A program made the translations under genes and the position numbers. Positions 50,602 to 62,595 of a DNA stretch of 64,000 nt are shown here, piece after piece (position 1 is the stretch's first letter; the number at the start of each line of letters is the position of its first letter). This DNA is from Squalus acanthias. Lineage: Eukaryota. Under the pieces are notes generated by a model, which saw nothing but the letters and a program-made list of their open reading frames with translations, ran no database searches and was not told the origin of the DNA. Location of the stretch: positions 94,738,001 through 94,802,000 of the forward strand of contig CM059432.1 of NCBI GenBank assembly GCA_030390025.1. The letters run 5' to 3'.

Positions 50602-53075
50602 TAGAAAGAAACATAGAAAAATAGGAGCAGGAGTAGGCCATTCGGCCCTTCGAGCCTGCTCCGCCATTCAATATGATCATGGCTGATCCTCGATCTCAAT
50701 ACCATATTCCCGCCCTCTCCCCATACCCCTTGATGCCTTTTGTGTCTAGAAATCTATCTATCTCCTTCTTAAATATATTCAGTGATTTGGCCTCCACAGC
50801 CTTCTGTGGTAAAGAATTCCACAGGTTCACCACCTTCTGAGTGAAGAAATTTCTCCTCATCTCAGTCCTAAATGTCCCACCCCGTAACCTGTGACCCCTC
50901 ATTCTAGACCCCCCAGCCAGGGGAAACATCCTCCCTGCATCCAGTCTGTCTAGCCCTGTCAGAATTTATATGTTTCAATGAGATCCCCTCTCATTCTTCT
51001 AAACTCTAGTGAATACAGGCCTAGTCGACCCAATCTCTCCTCATACGACAGTCCTGCCATTCCAGGAATCAGTCTGGTGAACCTTCACTGCACTCCCTCT
51101 ACGGCAAGTACAGGAAACTCCTTATTAACCGGCACCCAAATATCCGGAAATCTCTCTTAACCGGCAAAATTCTTGAGTAGGTAACCGGGGTTTTCCTTCA
51201 TCTCTCGTTTAAAATTAACTTTAAAAAAAACCCCGAGGCGTTTGCCTTGTATCGGAGCGTATAGATTGGGAGGGGAATGTGCAGCCCGGGTAGGCAGCGG
51301 ACACGACAGATGGTCAGCTGGCGGTCCCCGGGGAGACGGAGCTCCGAATGCAGACGCATGTCAATGTGTATGGGGCTCTCGTACGTTGGGAGATATAACT
51401 CTCCATTATCCGGACTTTTTGATTAACCGGCACCACGCCGGTCCCGTCGGTGCCGGTTAATAAAGAGTTTCCTGTATATCCTTTCTTAGGTAAGGAGACC
51501 AAAGCTGTACACAGTACTCCAGGTGTTGTCTCACCAAGGGCCTGTACAACTGTATTAAGACATCCTTGCTCCTGTACTCAAATCCTCTTGCAATGAAGGC
51601 CAACATACCATTTGTCTTCCTAACTGCTTGCTGCACCTGCATGTTTGCTTTCAGTGACTGGTGTACAAGGACACCCAGGTCCCTTTGTACATCAGCTTTT
51701 CCCAATCTATCACCATTTAAATAATACTCTACCTTTCTGTTTTTCCTACCAAAGTGGATAACTTCACATTTATCCACGTTATAATACATCTGCCATGTAT
51801 TTGCCCACTCACTCAACTTGTCTAAATCACCTTGAAGCCTCTTTGCATCTTCCTCACAACTTTCAATCCCACCTAGTTTCGTGTCGTCAGCAAACTTGGA
51901 AATATTACATTTGGTTCCCTCATCCAAATCATTGATATATATTGTGAATAGCTGGGGCCCAAGCACTGATCCCTGCGGTACCCTACTAGTCACCGCCTGC
52001 CACCCCGAAAAAGACTCATTTATTCCTACTCTCTGTTTCCTGTCTGTTAACCAATTTTCAATCCATGCCAGTATATTACCCCCAATCCCATTTGCTTTAA
52101 TTTTGCACACTAACCTCTTATGTGGGACTTTATCAAAGGCCTTCTGAAAATCAAAATACACCATATCCACTGGTTCTCCCTTATCTATTCTACCAGTTAC
52201 ATCCTCAAAAAACTCCAGTAGGTTTGTCAAACACGATTTCCCTCTCATAAATCCATGTTGACTTTGTCTAATCCTGTTGATATTTTCTAAGTGTCCTGTT
52301 ATCACATCCTTTATAATAGACTCTAGCATTTTCCCTACTACTGATGTTAGGCTAGCCGGTCTGTAGTTCCCTGTTTTCTCTCTCCCTCCTTTTTTAAATA
52401 GTGGGGTTACATTAGCCACCCTCCAATCTGCAGGAACTGTTCCATAATCTATAGAATTTTGGAAGATGACAACCAATGCATCCACTATTTCCATGGCTAC
52501 CTCTTTTAGTACTCTGGGATGCAGATTATCAGGCCCTGGGGATTTATCATCTTTCAGTCCCATTAATTTCTCCAGCACTATTTTTTTACTAATACTAATT
52601 TCCTTTAATTCCTCCTTCTCACTAGACCCTTGGTTACCTAGCATTTCTGGGAAGTTATTTGTGTCCTCTTCCGTGAAGACAGAACCAAAGTATTTGTTTA
52701 ATTGCTCAGCCATTTCCTTGTTTTCCATTATAAATTCTCCCGTTTCTGACTGTAAGGGACCTACATTTGTCTTCACTAATCTTTTTCTTTTTACATACTT
52801 GTAGAAGCTTTTACAATCCGCTTTTATGTTCCTTGCAAGTTTACTCTCACTCTCTATTTTTCCCCTCTTAATCAATCTCTTGGTCCTTTTTTGCTGAACT
52901 CTAAACTGCTTCCAATCCTCAGGCTAGCTACTTTTTCTGGCAACTTTATATCTAATACTATCCTTAACTTCTTCAGTTAGCCACGGATGGATCACTTCTC
53001 CCGTGGCGTTTTTATTTCTCAATGGAATGTATATTCGTTGAGAATTTTGGAATATTTCTTTAAATGTTTGCCATT
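50602..53075 (-). mobile_element. CR1 LINE with a long open RT frame (ORF 51457-52875), interrupted by a MITE
   Basis: 472-aa frame with KSPGPD, NYRP, QHGF, VPQGSVLGP and KFADD. 5'-truncated. Confidence 0.95.
51111..51474. mobile_element. Tc1/mariner-pogo (Tigger-like) MITE, 364 bp
   Basis: 26-bp TIR caggaaactc(c/t)ttattaaccggcacc. TA TSD at 51109-51110 and 51475-51476. Confidence 0.92.
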
Positions 53076-53177
53076 TAGTATTTGACCAATACAATGTGCT
53101 TGTGTAATTCAGAAAACCAGAGAACTTAAAAAAAAGTGAGTAGCTGAATTTATAGCCAATGAGTGACTGGAGATTAT

Positions 53178-53897
53178 GGACTGAATCTTAACCCCCAAAA
53201 ATGAGTAGGTTGGGGTCAGGTGAGATGTTGAAACTTTAAAAATCTCAAACCCGACCCCAACCCACCCACTTCCGGGTTTAATGGAGGCAGGACAAGGGGC
53301 GGGCAACCAACCCACCCCCAGGAGGAGGGCTTGCCATTTAAATATTTTAATGATGCTAGCTGCCTCAGATTTAACCTGCTTTGCAGGTTTAACAGTGGCC
53401 AGCCGAGTTTCCCAAGCCTCGGGAAACCCGGCAGCTGAAGGGAGGCGAGGACAGCTTTGGGGAGATGGTAAGTGCCCTTGCAGCACTGCTTGTGAGCCAG
53501 GAGGAACAGGAATGCTTCCCCACGGCCCCCCACAAGCTCCATAAGACACTCCCCCGGGGTCAGGGATCGGATCTCCCCAGACTTGACCCTTCCCAGGGTC
53601 GGGGATCGGACTCCCCACCATGCTCCCAGTAGCGTGAGATTCTAGTCATTTTTTTTTAAAGTAATTAAAATACTTTGCCAACTCTACTGCTCCCTACCTG
53701 CTCCTCCAGAGTGCTACCCGCCCAACTGGAAGCCAAGCCTATCAATCAGTCTGACTTCCGGGTGGGGAACGTACAGAAAAAAAACTACGCATGCTGTGGA
53801 CTCAAACCATGGCATGCGGGGAAACCCAAACTTCCGGGTTTCCCAACAGAAACCCCCCCCCCCGCCTACACAACACGCCCCTGTCAAGATCGGGGCC
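53178..53897. mobile_element. Probable Harbinger-like MITE
   Basis: Degenerate TIRs ggactgaatcttaac / gtcaagatcggggcc around a GC-rich body of similar size to the other MITEs. Confidence 0.55.
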
Positions 53898-54429
53898 GTT
53901 ATCTCTTTTCTTATTAAATAAATTGCAGTTAAACGAGGTTAAAATTACATTACTATCCTAATTATTAGTTCTATTGACCAACAAAGTTAATGAACAGTCT
54001 ATTGTTATAAAATGTTGGAAATATACAGCAAGTCTCTCAGCATCTGAAAAGAGAAAAGATGGGTTAATGTTTTGAGTGTAGACTTTTTGTCACAACTTAG
54101 TTTCTACAAACCTGTTGTGTATTTCTTGTTTTTATTTCTAATTTCCAGCATTAGAAGTTCTTTTTAATTCTTTATCAATTTTTTTTGAGAAAAAATACAT
54201 ATTTCATTAATATACCATGGAAATAAAGTTTTGGTTAAGCTTTGTTTGTATATGAGTATTTTGTGCCTGCCTGCAATTACAGTAGTTTCTTTCGCTGCTT
54301 TTATAATGACAGTGCCAGAGTGGGAAGAAAGCCCTTTGCTGGAGATGTGCTGGTAGTGTTTCGATAGATGGGAGTGAAACAATGCAAGGCCATCTGCTGC
54401 TGAAAACTTATCCATGCCTTTGTCATCTC

Positions 54430-57352
54430 CGGACAATAAGGTTTAGGTTTAAGATAAAGATTGAGAAGGATATAAGTAAGACAAAGACCAAAGTAGTAAA
54501 TTGGAAAAAAAGCTGATTTTAAAGGGATGAGAATGGAACTAGGGAAAACAAATTGGAACATTTACTGACAAACAAAGAAATAGAACAGCAGTGGAAAACA
54601 TTTAAAATGGTGATCGAGTCCAAGAAAAATATATCACACTAAAAAGCAAGAACAAACTAGCCAGTAATGACACAGCATGGATAAATAAAGAAATAAGGGC
54701 AAAATTGAACGTAAAGGAAAAGGCATACACTAAGTACATAGACAACAAAGGAGAGAATGACAAAAGGGAATATGAAAAGGTTAGGAAAGAAGTCAAAAAA
54801 ACAATTAGGAAGGCAAAGAGAAACTACAACATTAAATTATCAAGGAATATAAAAAGAAATAGTGAAGTATTTTACAGACACATAAATAACAAAAGAAAAG
54901 TGAGGATGGGGATAGGGCCACTAAGGGATACATATGATAAACTCACAGGTAATGACAGCGAAATGGCAGAAATATTAAATAATTACTTTGCCTCGATATT
55001 TACCAGGTGGACATGACATTCGAAGAAGAGATCAAAAAAGATATCAAGACATTTAAGATAGAAAGGGGGGAGATAATTGATAAACTAATCAAACGTTCCC
55101 TAGCCACTGACTCCATCCCTCTCCCTAACATCTGTCTGAGGCTGAACCAGACTGTTCGCAACCTTGGTGTCATATTTGACCCTGAAATGAGCTTCCGACC
55201 ACATATCCGCAGCATAACAAAGACCGCCTATTTCCACCTCCGTAACATCGCCCGTCTCCACCCTTGCCTCAGCTCATCCGCTGCTGAAACCCTCATCCAT
55301 GCCTTTGTTACCTCTAGACTTGACTATTCCAATGCACTCCTGGCTGGTCTCCCTAGTTCTACCCTACATAAACTTGAGGTCATCCAAAACTCGGCTGCCC
55401 ATGTCCTAACTCGTACCAAGTCCTGTTTACCCATCGCCCCTGTGCTCGCTGACCTATATTGGCTCCCGGTTAAGCAACGCCTCAATTTCAAAATTCTCAT
55501 CCTTGTTTTCAAATCCCTCCATGGCCTCGCCCCTTCCTATCTCTGTAATCTCCTTCAGCCCCACAACCCCCGAGATATTTGCGCTCCTCTAATTCTGCCC
55601 TCTTGAGCATCCCTGATTATAATCGTTCAACCATTGGTGGCCGTGCTTCTGTTGTCTAGACCCTAAGCTCTGGAATTCCCTGCCTAAACCTCTCCGCCTC
55701 GCTACCTCTCGTTCCTTCTTTAAGACGCTCACTAAAACCTCCCTCTTTGACCAAGCTCTTGGTCACCTGCCCTAATTTCTCCTTATGTAGCTCGGTGTCA
55801 AATTTTTTGTCTTTTAATACTCCTGTGAAGCGCCTTGGGACGTTTTACTACGTTAAAGGCGCTATATAAATACAAGTTGTTGTTGTTGTAGAGAGGCAAC
55901 AACCCCTAGATTGCAACTGTGCATATTAAAAGAAATTAGGGCAGGGATAGCAGAGGCACTATTACATATCTATAAAAATGTATTAGAAAAGGGAATAGTA
56001 CCAGAGGACTGGCGGACAACTAATGTGATTCCTATGTATAAAAAGGGAGATAGAACAAGCCAAGGGAACTATAGACCAATTAGCTTAATGTCGGTGGTAG
56101 GAAAGATAATGGAATCCTTACTCAAAGATGTAATAGAAAAACAACTAGAAACTGAAAAAATAATAAACAGTAGTCAGCACGGATTCCAAAATGGAAAGTC
56201 ATGCTTGACTAACCTTATTTAATTGTTTGAAGGAGTAATAGGAAAGGTAGATAAGGTTAATGCTGTAGACGTAATATATTTAGATTTCCAAAAAGCCTTC
56301 GATAAGGTACAGCATAGTAGACTCATGACTAAGGTCAGAACATGTGGAGTGAGGGGACAAGTATCAGAATGGATAGCAAGCTGGCTACAAAACAGAAAAC
56401 AGAGAGTAGGGGTTAAAGTTAGTTACTCTGATTGGCAAATGGTGGGAAGTTCCACAAGGATCGGTGCTAGAACCACTGTTGTTGACCATTTACATAAGCG
56501 ATTTGGACTCGGGTATCGTGTGTAATTGTCAAATGAACTTTAATATAGATAAGTGTGAGGCAGTACATTTTGTTAGGAAGAATGAGGAGGCCACATACTC
56601 CTTACAAAATAAGTGTCTAAAGGGGGTAGAGGAACAAAGGGATCTGGGGGTACAGATGCACAAATCACTAAAAGTAGCAATGCAGGTTAATATGGCCATA
56701 AAAAACAAAGCACTGGGATTAATTTCTAGAGAGATAGAATTGAAAAGCAGAGAAGTAATGTTAAACTTGTATAGAACCTTGGTTAGACCACACTTGGTGA
56801 ACTGTAAACAGTTCTGGTCTCCATATTATAAAAAAAGGATATAGAGGCACTTGAGAAGGTGAAAAAAAGATTTACTAGAATTGTACCAGAACTGAGAGGT
56901 TATACCTATGAGGAAAGATTTAACAGGCTGGGGCTCTTTTCTCTAGAAAAAAGAAGACTGAGCGGTGACCTGATAGAAGTCTTTAACATTATGAAAAGGT
57001 TGATAGGGTGGACGTAGAGAAGATGTTTCCACTTGCGGGCGAGACCAGAACTAGGGACCATAAATGTAAGACAGTCACCAATAAATCCATAATAAATCCA
57101 AGCGAATTCAGGAGAAACTTCTTTACCAGAGAGTGGTTAGTATGTGGAACTCGCTACCATGATGAGTAGCTGAGACGAATAGCATAGATGCATTTAAGGG
57201 GAAGTTAGATAAACACATGAGGGAGAAAGGAACAGAAAAACATGTTGATGGGGTTAGATGAAGAAGGGTGGGAGGAGGCTCGTGTTGAGCATAAACACTG
57301 GCATGGACCTGTTGGGCCGAATGGCCTGTTTCTGTGCTGTGAATACTTTGTA
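54430..57352 (+). mobile_element. Degraded CR1 split by an L2
   Basis: ORF pieces 54705-55016, 55911-56222, 56223-56525 and 56464-56844 carry CR1 RT motifs. Confidence 0.9.
55095..55888 (+). mobile_element. L2 3' fragment nested in the CR1
   Basis: VRNLGVIFD...LIHAFVTSRLDYSN, and the tail aaaggcgctatataaatacaag(ttg)n. Confidence 0.93.
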
Positions 57353-58415
57353 GACTCGACCATTCAAATGCTCTCCTAGACGGCCTTCCATTCTCCACCA
57401 TCGATAAATTTCAGCTCAGTCAAAACTCTGCTGCTTGTACCTTAACCCGCACCACCACCCGGTCCTCCATCACCACTCTCCTTGAAAACCTACATTGACT
57501 CCTGGTCCCCCTCATGCTTAAATCCCTTCATGGCCTCTCTCCTATCTCTGTAACCTCCACTGCCTTTGTTTTGTCATGCTGCTTGTCCAACATCCTTGTA
57601 TTGGATGAGCAGAAATTTCCTCCAACTAAATATTGGGAAGACTGAAGCCGCAGTCTTCGATCCCAGCCATAAGATCCATTCCCTAGCTACATTCCCTAGC
57701 TACTGTATCCATCCCTCTCCCTGGCAGCTATCTGAGGTTGAACCAGACCGTTCGCAACCTTGGCATCCTATTTGACCCTGAGCTGAGCTTCCGACCTCCT
57801 CTCCAACACCAAGATCGCCTACTTCCATCTTTGTAACATCGCCTGTCTCCACCCCGCCTCAATTCATCTGCTGCTGAAACTCTCATCCATGCCTTTGTTA
57901 CCTCTAGACTTGACTATTCCAATGCTCTCATGGCCAGCCTCCCACCCTCCGTAAACTTGAGCTCATCCAAAACTCTGCTGCCCATATCCTAACTCGCACC
58001 AAGCCCTGTTCACCCATCACCCCTATGCTCGCTGACCTACATTGGCTTCCTGTCCAGCCATGCCTCGACTTTTAAACTTTCATCCTTGTTTTCAAATCTC
58101 TCCATGTCCTCGTCCCTCCTATCTCTGTAACCTCCTCCAGCCCTACAACTCCTCCCACCCCGAGATATCTGCGCTCCTCCAACTCTGTGTGCCTCTTGCA
58201 CACCTCCGAATGTAATCGCTCCACCATTGGTGGCCGTGTCTACAGCTGTCTAGGTCCCAAGTTCTGGAATTCCCTCTCTAAACCTCTCCACCCCCCTTTA
58301 AGACGCTCCTTAAAACCTACCTCTTTGACCAAGCTTTCGGTCACCTGTCCTAATATTTTGTTTGATAACGCTCCTGTGAAGTGTCTTGGGAGGTTTTACT
58401 AGGTTAAAGGTGCTA
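57352..58415 (+). mobile_element. L2 fragments
   Basis: WMSRNFLQLNIGKTEA, TSRLDYS and an L2 3' end at ~58405. Confidence 0.88.
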
Positions 58416-58539
58416 AAACCGTACAACTAAGCTGGTCTCCCCTCCTAATAGCTCTATCTTTGACTCGGGTTCATTTTTGTCTAATTTCTCGATTACAAAG
58501 CGCTTTGGGTAGTCGCTTTTCAACGTTCAAGGCAGTAGG

Positions 58540-58818
58540 TAAATGCCAATTGTTAAATGACCAAGTAAACAGCTGCGTTTGCCCATATGAAAGATGGCGG
58601 CGATGCACTCACAGTTGACAGGCTGCGATTGGACATGAGCTGTACCTTCCCTTCCCTTCCCCCCACCTTTCCTTCCGTCGAGTCCCCGGATTTCCCAACA
58701 ACAAAAAAAACGGTTTCGCCAAATCAGAGCGGTGGCCGGTGCGCGCAGCCGGGGGCGCTGTGAACTCGTTCGGCTCTCGGGGCTGCAGGCAGCCGCCCTC
58801 CCTCTCCGCGGACTCAGC
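58540..58818 (+). promoter_or_regulatory. MIB1: Putative MIB1 promoter / 5' UTR (CpG-rich)
   Basis: CCAAT at ~58547, inverted CCAAT at ~58628, and a YY1-type motif AAGATGGCGGC at 58591-58601. CpG-dense into exon 1. Confidence 0.6.
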
Positions 58819-59047
58819 ATGAGCGGCTCCAGGAATAACCGGGTGATGATGGAGGGAGTCGGGGCCCGAGTGGTGCGGGGCCCCGACTGGAAATGGGGCA
58901 AACAGGACGGAGGAGAGGGGCATGTGGGCACCGTTAGGAGCTTCGAGAGCCCCGAGGAGGTGGTGGTGGTGTGGGATAACGGGACGGCCGCCAACTACCG
59001 CTGCTCCGGGGCCTACGACCTGCGCATACTGGACAGCGCGCCGACAG
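58819..59047 (+). CDS. MIB1: E3 ubiquitin ligase Mind bomb 1, first coding exon (MIB/HERC2 domain); gene continues beyond the window
   Basis: [77 protein letters not shown] is almost identical to the vertebrate MIB1 N-terminus as I recall it. 229 nt, followed by donor gtaaga. Confidence 0.97.
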
Positions 59048-60879
59048 GTAAGAGTGGCCGCGGGCAGGCGGCCGGCACATTGTGCTCAGCCTGTCTGAAA
59101 CCTGCTTCCTGCAGGCCTCATCCGCGGGGGAGTGAGAATCATCATTAAAGTGACTGCTATTGGAAATAACTCAATTATTCAATCGCTCTGTCCTCATCAG
59201 AGTTACAAGAAAATTAATAATTGTTGAAGTAAATATTATTGGAGTAAGCTACAATTGTGTGGCTGAGTTATTATTGACATTGAAGTGACTGCTACTGAAA
59301 ATGAATACTAGAATAACTTCATTGTCTGGAAACAGGTGGAGTTTTCATGAAATGTCTTTTTGTTTTGTGTTGGTTGGGGTGGCGGGTTAGAAACATAGAA
59401 GAGCAGGAGTACGCCATTCGGTCCCTCGAGCCTTGTGTAAAAACATTACATGTTGTGGTTGGTGCTGACCATCTACTGACGTAAACAGAACTGTTTCAAA
59501 ATTAAAAACAAGCTGTGATTGAACAATTTTTTTTTGGTTGAAAAGTGCAGTATTAACTGGTTATGACTTTCTTCCCTTTCCCCTCACCTACCATTGCTAC
59601 AGTTTTATGATCTTTTGAATGTAGAGAATGCATGGCTTATGTATTTTACGCATGATTCAAACTGTCATTTAGTTTTCTGGACTCTGCATTAATTAGTTTT
59701 CATTAAGGCAGATGATTTGATTAAGCTTTAATGAAATCTTACCTTTATTACACTTCACTTCATAAGTTACTTATGCACCCTCAATTTTGAGTTGTCTGCA
59801 GGGCTTTTTGTAATCTGTGGGATTTATTTTGTGAATGGATGAGCAATGATGGGGCGAGTGACCTTCCTCATCCATACCTGTCTTGTGATCCCATAGCATT
59901 GCTAGGTTACCCTGGATCAGGTGTAATGACTGTCAGAGAAACTGGTCATCTGCAGAGTGTAGTTGGTGAATCATAGTTGGCATATATGCAAATGATAGGT
60001 CTTGCAAATCCAGAAAATGTTGATTAAAAATCTATAGTTGTTAGATGTTCATTGTAGAATCTGATCTAGTAGAAATCTCTGCAACTAACTCATGGCCTTG
60101 AGTATGATTGCTGCTTTAAGGCATTTGAAATAACACCAGCTAGCTAATAAAATGTATTCTATCCATGAGCATATTTCTGCTGGCAGACTTTGTGAATTAA
60201 TACCTAATTATTGGATTATGATTATGACATCCCATTTCTCAGTGGTGGCATTAGTGTATTTCACCCTGTTCCTTTTGTTTCCCTCAGTCTGAATTAAAGC
60301 TTGAAAAAACATAAACCATATTTTTAAACTCTGGATTTTTAAAAATATTAACACCTAAATAGATACTTGTGTTTGATATTCACTTTATAATTTTTTTCTG
60401 TAGTGAGTAATGTTCCAGGACTAGACCATGTTTGAAATATATGGAATAGAGGCATTGTGCATTGATTTGTTATGATTTGCTAAGAAAATGCTAATGTCGT
60501 CAGAAACCTAGCTACCAATCTCCCGTATAAACTAGAATTTAGTTTTTAATGAAAGCTTGAGAGATTCATGCTCGAGTGGGCTTGATTGATTAATTAGATG
60601 AATAAACATAACCAGGAGGGTTTCCAAGATAGTAATCTCTTAGAGCTCAGCTAATATCATAATTCATGAATGTATTGCTCAGGCAGTTGATGTCATTTGA
60701 ACATTTGAGATTTAGACTTGAAACTACTGTCTGTGTACTAGAGAGTTGCTTCTAATGGCAGAAATAGTATTTGGAACGTTAGCTGTCAGCCTGCCCCTGA
60801 AGTCTAGTAGTGCACTTCCAGCATTATTGGCTTGAATGGACTTTCTGCTGAAATTGAAGAAGCCATTGTCAAACTGTTA

Positions 60880-61800
60880 AAGCCACATTTGTGACTTAAG
60901 AAATTGCACATGTATGAGATGCATGCATGCATAGCTTTTTATTGTTTGCATTTGGCTTCGCCTGTCTGTCCATGGACCTTCTCCAGTGTTATGATTGCTG
61001 AATCCACCCTGCATTATAAACAGGACAGAATGAGCACAACACAGACAACATTCAACCAAGGAACGTAAGTGCCAGGCAGTGACTTCTTCGAACAAAAAGT
61101 AAGCCCAACCATCTCCACCCCACCTTCAACAGCACCACAATCGACAAGTTCCCCCACTATCAACAGCTAAAAGGTCACCATTGACGAGAAGGTTAAATGG
61201 ACCAACCATGTCAACGTTGTGGCTGCAAGAGCGGAGGAAAGGCTTGGTATTCTGCGATGAGTGGCTCACCTGCTGACTTTTCTGAAAGCCTCTCCACCAT
61301 TCATGAAGCTCAAGTCAGGAGAGTGATGGAATACTTGCCACTTACCTGGATAGGTGCAGCTGCAACAACACTTGAATTTCAACAGCATCCATAACAAAGC
61401 AGTTTGCTTGATTGCCACTCCTTTCACTGGACTCTATCCACCCCTTCCATCGCTGATGCACTGTAGGTGCAGTATGTACAATCTACAAGATGCATTGCAG
61501 TAGCTCACCAAGGTTTCTGTAACAGCACCTTCCTCTCCTGCGACCCTTACCACTGACTAGAACAAGAACAGCAATATTATGGCAACACCATTCGCTCCAA
61601 GTCGCTTGTTGTCCTGACTTGGAAAATATGACTTCATTGTCACTGGGTCAATATCGTGAAATTCCCTACCTAATGTCATTGAGAGTACCATCGGCACAAG
61701 GAGTGTAGTGGTTCAAGAAGGCCCACCACCAGAACAATTAGGGATAGGGAGTAAATTAAGCTGTGCCAGCATCACCCATGTTCCTGGAAGAAATATTCAA
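60880..61800 (+). mobile_element. Degraded Crack/Daphne-like LINE in MIB1 intron 1
   Basis: LSTIHEAQVRRVMEYLPLTWIGAAATTL; homologous to 19109-20150. Confidence 0.8.
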
Positions 61801-62152
61801 AAAGTTGAAGGATTAAGCATTGTGGAGTTGGTGGGGAAGTTGTTCTTGTTACGGCGGACAGTGACAATGGAGACAATTCCTGCAGTTAATACAAGGTGTC
61901 CTCATTATAACGTTAGAAATTATATTGCATTACTCTGGATTTCAGTGATATTCTGCAGTTGATAGAAAATACTAGTGATATGCAGACAATGCATAATAAA
62001 TAATTTGAGCAAGGTATTTTTTGTGACAAAAATCAAGGGGGTACTTCCATTTTTTTTCCCCGGCCAAGTCTTACTGTGTCAGTGTTTCTTACATCCTCAT
62101 GCTGCTTGCCTTCCTGCCATGCTTTCTAAGCTGGCCTTTCTCCCTTCCAAAC

Positions 62153-62500
62153 TGTCAGTTTGGCTCAGTTGGCATAACTTAGTCTGCAGTTTGTGAGCTC
62201 AAGTTCTGCATCTAATCTATGCTAATATTTCAGTGCTGCATTGTCAGAGGTGCTGTCTTTCAGATGGGATGTTGATGTGAGCCCTGTCTGCAATGGGATC
62301 TTTGAAGAAGTTCCCACGATGCTACTTGAAGAGGTGTTGAGTGTTGTCCTGATGTCTTGGCCAATATTCATCCCTTAACCAATGCCATCAAAAACAGATT
62401 AACTGGCTAGTTATCTCATTTACTATTTGTGAGACCTGTAAATTGGCTGCTCCATTTGCCTGCAAACAATAAACACTACATTTCAAAAGTAATTCTTCAG
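62153..62500 (+). mobile_element. Degraded DeuSINE copy
   Basis: tggctcagttgg A box, and gtcttggccaatattcatccct...aaaacagatt as in 50128-50583. Confidence 0.7.
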
Positions 62501-62595
62501 TTTTGTGTTGAAGAAATCTACAGAACTCAACAATTGTGATTCCTGAAATTAATATCATTTATGCCATTTTTGAAAGAGTAAGATTTTCAGTGTTT

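Noticed and set aside
51457..52875. Active autonomous CR1
   Set aside because: It is 5'-truncated (no ORF1 or endonuclease) and interrupted by a MITE.
55007..55606. Novel CR1-L2 fusion protein (199-aa ORF)
   Set aside because: It is a fortuitous in-frame junction of a nested L2 insertion in a dead CR1.
58732..59148. 138-aa single-exon ORF
   Set aside because: The GTG start and the tail after 59047 are UTR and intron read-through. MIB1 similarity covers only 58819-59047.
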